Origin: Planctomycetota bacterium
GTDB lineage: Bacteria; Planctomycetota; UBA11346
Length of the DNA stretch: 49,839 bases
Assembly: GCA_038213805.1 (NCBI GenBank)
Contig: JBBQSO010000035.1
Span: 1-49,839, forward strand
Reading direction: 5' to 3'
The notes under the pieces are model-generated. The model had not been told where the DNA came from. It did not search any database and was given only the letters and a program-made list of their open reading frames with translations. The position numbers and the translations under genes are program-made. Positions within the stretch are counted from its first letter, which is position 1; each line of letters begins with the position of its first letter. This document shows, one piece after another, positions 47,913 through 49,839 of this stretch.

Positions 47913-48862
47913 GGCTGACTGCCCAGGTGGCTGCGGGGATCGTAGGCGGACTCCTTCGCCAGCTCGCGCCACAGCTCCTCGGCCTTGGCGCTGGCGCCCG
48001 GCGGGACGGTGAGGCGCAGGCGCACGTGCTGGTCACCGGGCGGCGTGCCGGGCAGGCCGCGCCCGCGCAGGCGCAGGATCTGGCCATCCTTGCTGCCGGC
48101 CGGGACGGTGACCTGGGCGGGACCGCCCAAAGTCGGCACGCTGACCTGAGCGCCAAGGACCGCCTCCCACGGGGCGAGGGGCAGATCGAGGGTGACGGTG
48201 CGGCCATCGGCAGTGAAAAGGCGATGAGGCGCAATGGTCGCCTCCAGGTACAGGTTGCCGTTCAGGTCAGGGGTCGCCCCGGGCGTGCCCTGCCCGCGCA
48301 GGCGGAAGACTTCGCCCTCTACGAGTCCTTTGGGGATGGTCACGCGCAGGCTGCGCCGCACCGTCTGGCCGTGCTCATCCGACGGCAGTTGCAGCTGCAG
48401 TTGCCGCTCCCCGCCGGCGTAAGCCTCCTCCAGGGTGATCTCGATGCGGTGGTGGATGTCCTCGCCGCGCTGCGGGCCGGCCTCGCGCCGACCGCGGCCG
48501 GCGCGCTGGCCGAACAGCGAAGAGAAGAAGTCGCTGAACTGGTCCGCATCCATGCCGTCGCCACCGCCGGCGAAGGGACCACGGCGCGGATCGCCGCCAG
48601 CGCGCGCCCCCTGCGGCGGCGCGTGGAATTCCTGCCCCTCGCGCCAGCCCTGCGCGCGCAGTTCGTCGTAGCTGGCCCGCTTCGGAGCATCGCCGAGCGC
48701 CTCGTAGGCCTCGCCCAGTTCCGAGAACCGCGCCTGCGCATCCTTGGCCTTGTTGACGTCGGGATGCAGCTTGCGCGCCAGGGCGCGATAGGCGGTCTTG
48801 ATCTGGTCGGGCGAGGCGTCAGGGGCCACGCCCATGATTTTATAGTAGTCTTTGAATTTCAT
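47909..48862 (-). CDS. cbpA: Curved DNA-binding DnaJ-class co-chaperone CbpA
   Basis: J domain MKFKDYY...HPDVNK, FSDFFSSLFG, DnaJ C-terminal domain, no zinc finger; paired with cbpM. Confidence 0.93.
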   Translation of the reverse strand: MKFKDYYKIMGVAPDASPDQIKTAYRALARKLHPDVNKAKDAQARFSELGEAYEALGDAPKRASYDELRAQGWREGQEFHAPPQGARAGGDPRRGPFAGGGDGMDADQFSDFFSSLFGQRAGRGRREAGPQRGEDIHHRIEITLEEAYAGGERQLQLQLPSDEHGQTVRRSLRVTIPKGLVEGEVFRLRGQGTPGATPDLNGNLYLEATIAPHRLFTADGRTVTLDLPLAPWEAVLGAQVSVPTLGGPAQVTVPAGSKDGQILRLRGRGLPGTPPGDQHVRLRLTVPPGASAKAEELWRELAKESAYDPRSHLGSQP

Positions 48863-48944
48863 GGGACCCAGGTGGAGGCGGGGCGGGGGCGCACGGGATC
48901 AGTCTCGGCTTGGATGACGGCTGACGCGCGCGAGTCTGGCGGCA

Positions 48945-48961
48945 AGCATCCGCCATGCCAG
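48945..48961 (-). promoter_or_regulatory. sigma54-type promoter (cbpAM)
   Basis: CTGGCATGGCGGATGCT. Confidence 0.7.
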
Positions 48962-49231
48962 CACCTGCCCTCGCTCGCGCGGGACCCGCCATGCGCATGA
49001 CATGCGATCGCAAATGAGGCGCGGACCATCAGAGACCGGAGCCGGACCGTTGGTGAAGGACTATCATCGTAGCCCCAGCCAGCCACTGCGCGCGCCATCT
49101 TCGCCGCGCCTCCTGCCCAACCAAACGTCATCTGGCGAGGTGAAACCGGTAAGGGACACGCTCATAGGAGCGCGTGCGCAACCTGCCGAAATCCGTGCGC
49201 GCAGCGAAAGGCGCGTCGGAAAGTGACCCCC

Positions 49232-49741
49232 TCAGTTCCACCCCCCTTTGCGATGTCGGGTCTGACGCTGATGCAGGGCGCGCGTCTCGCGCCCATGGCA
49301 GATCAGGCAGAGCGTGCGCAGGTTTCCCAGTCCGCACCCGCCACCGCCCTCGACCACCGCAGTGCGGTGGTCCATGTTCCAGACCGACACCACGCGCTTG
49401 CGGAGGCCGAAGCCAAGTTCCGCAAGGGTCTGCACGGCCATGGTGTCGATGCGGGCACCATCCTCCGTACGTTCGCGCAATGCCGCGATCACCCGATCAA
49501 GCCGCCCCCCATCGAGCCGGCAGTGGCAGCACACGCCGTGGTCGCGCGCGAAGACCTGATGCCGGGCGTAGCTGGGGCTGACGCGCAGCTTGAACTCGTG
49601 CAGGCACTGCGGCCCACAGAAGTCACGGCGACGCTCCGGCAACTCATGCAGGCACCAGCGGCAGAAGGGACGCCCCTCCGGTCCGACATCGCCGGGATCA
49701 TAGGCGGGATGCTCGGCATCGCTCACGCGCAGTCTAGGCAT
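49232..49741 (-). CDS. HNH endonuclease with zinc-binding CxxC motifs
   Basis: CRWC...CGPQC, RDHGVCCHC, WNMDH...GGG--GLGNLRTLCLICH; purine-rich RBS before the ATG at 49741. Confidence 0.85.
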   Translation of the reverse strand: MPRLRVSDAEHPAYDPGDVGPEGRPFCRWCLHELPERRRDFCGPQCLHEFKLRVSPSYARHQVFARDHGVCCHCRLDGGRLDRVIAALRERTEDGARIDTMAVQTLAELGFGLRKRVVSVWNMDHRTAVVEGGGGCGLGNLRTLCLICHGRETRALHQRQTRHRKGGWN

Positions 49742-49839
49742 CGCGTCCCCCTCTTGTAAGTTCTCTTCACCCACCCGCGAGGCGAAGTGGCAGCCTGGGG
49801 GCCCTCCGCCCCCAGGCAGTCCCGGCCCCTCCAAGGCCG

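Noticed and set aside
1..49839. CRISPR arrays, tRNA or rRNA genes
   Set aside because: No repeat-spacer array or recognisable structural RNA gene seen; the repeats found are intragenic or heptameric.

Overview
High-GC bacterial window, most consistent with a PVC-superphylum organism (probably Planctomycetota), inferred from the PVC-type heme-binding CxxCH protein. (1) 1-697: 3' end of an IS66 element. (2) 834-13176, minus strand: a three-gene polymorphic-toxin locus. It encodes a ~2225-aa Calx-beta/PKD/glycine-rich-repeat surface protein, a signal-peptide Rhs protein with an N-terminal C39-type cysteine peptidase, and a translationally coupled immunity-like gene. The surface protein's C-terminal peptide looks like the missing first strand of an incomplete Ig-like insert inside the Rhs protein, suggesting strand-complementation docking. 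(3) 13610-25707: TPR-AAA ATPase and TPR membrane protein pair, M1 aminopeptidase, and XylR-type regulator divergent from a PVC heme-binding dehydrogenase and a Gfo/Idh/MocA oxidoreductase. (4) 25801-33095: two metal-uptake units, each led by a DUF2946-like CxxC/proline-rich upstream ORF (candidate arrest peptides). (5) 33317-48961: a stress-type island with an NQO-prenyltransferase fusion, DUF4142, KatE, ATP-dependent ligase and exonuclease, hemerythrin, PurD-like ATP-grasp, heme-oxygenase-like diiron enzyme, methyltransferase, Cys-repeat lipoprotein and CbpA/CbpM. Essentially every transcription unit there has a sigma54-type GG-N10-GCT promoter motif. (6) An HNH nuclease at the right end. All assignments come from reading motifs by eye; no searches were run.
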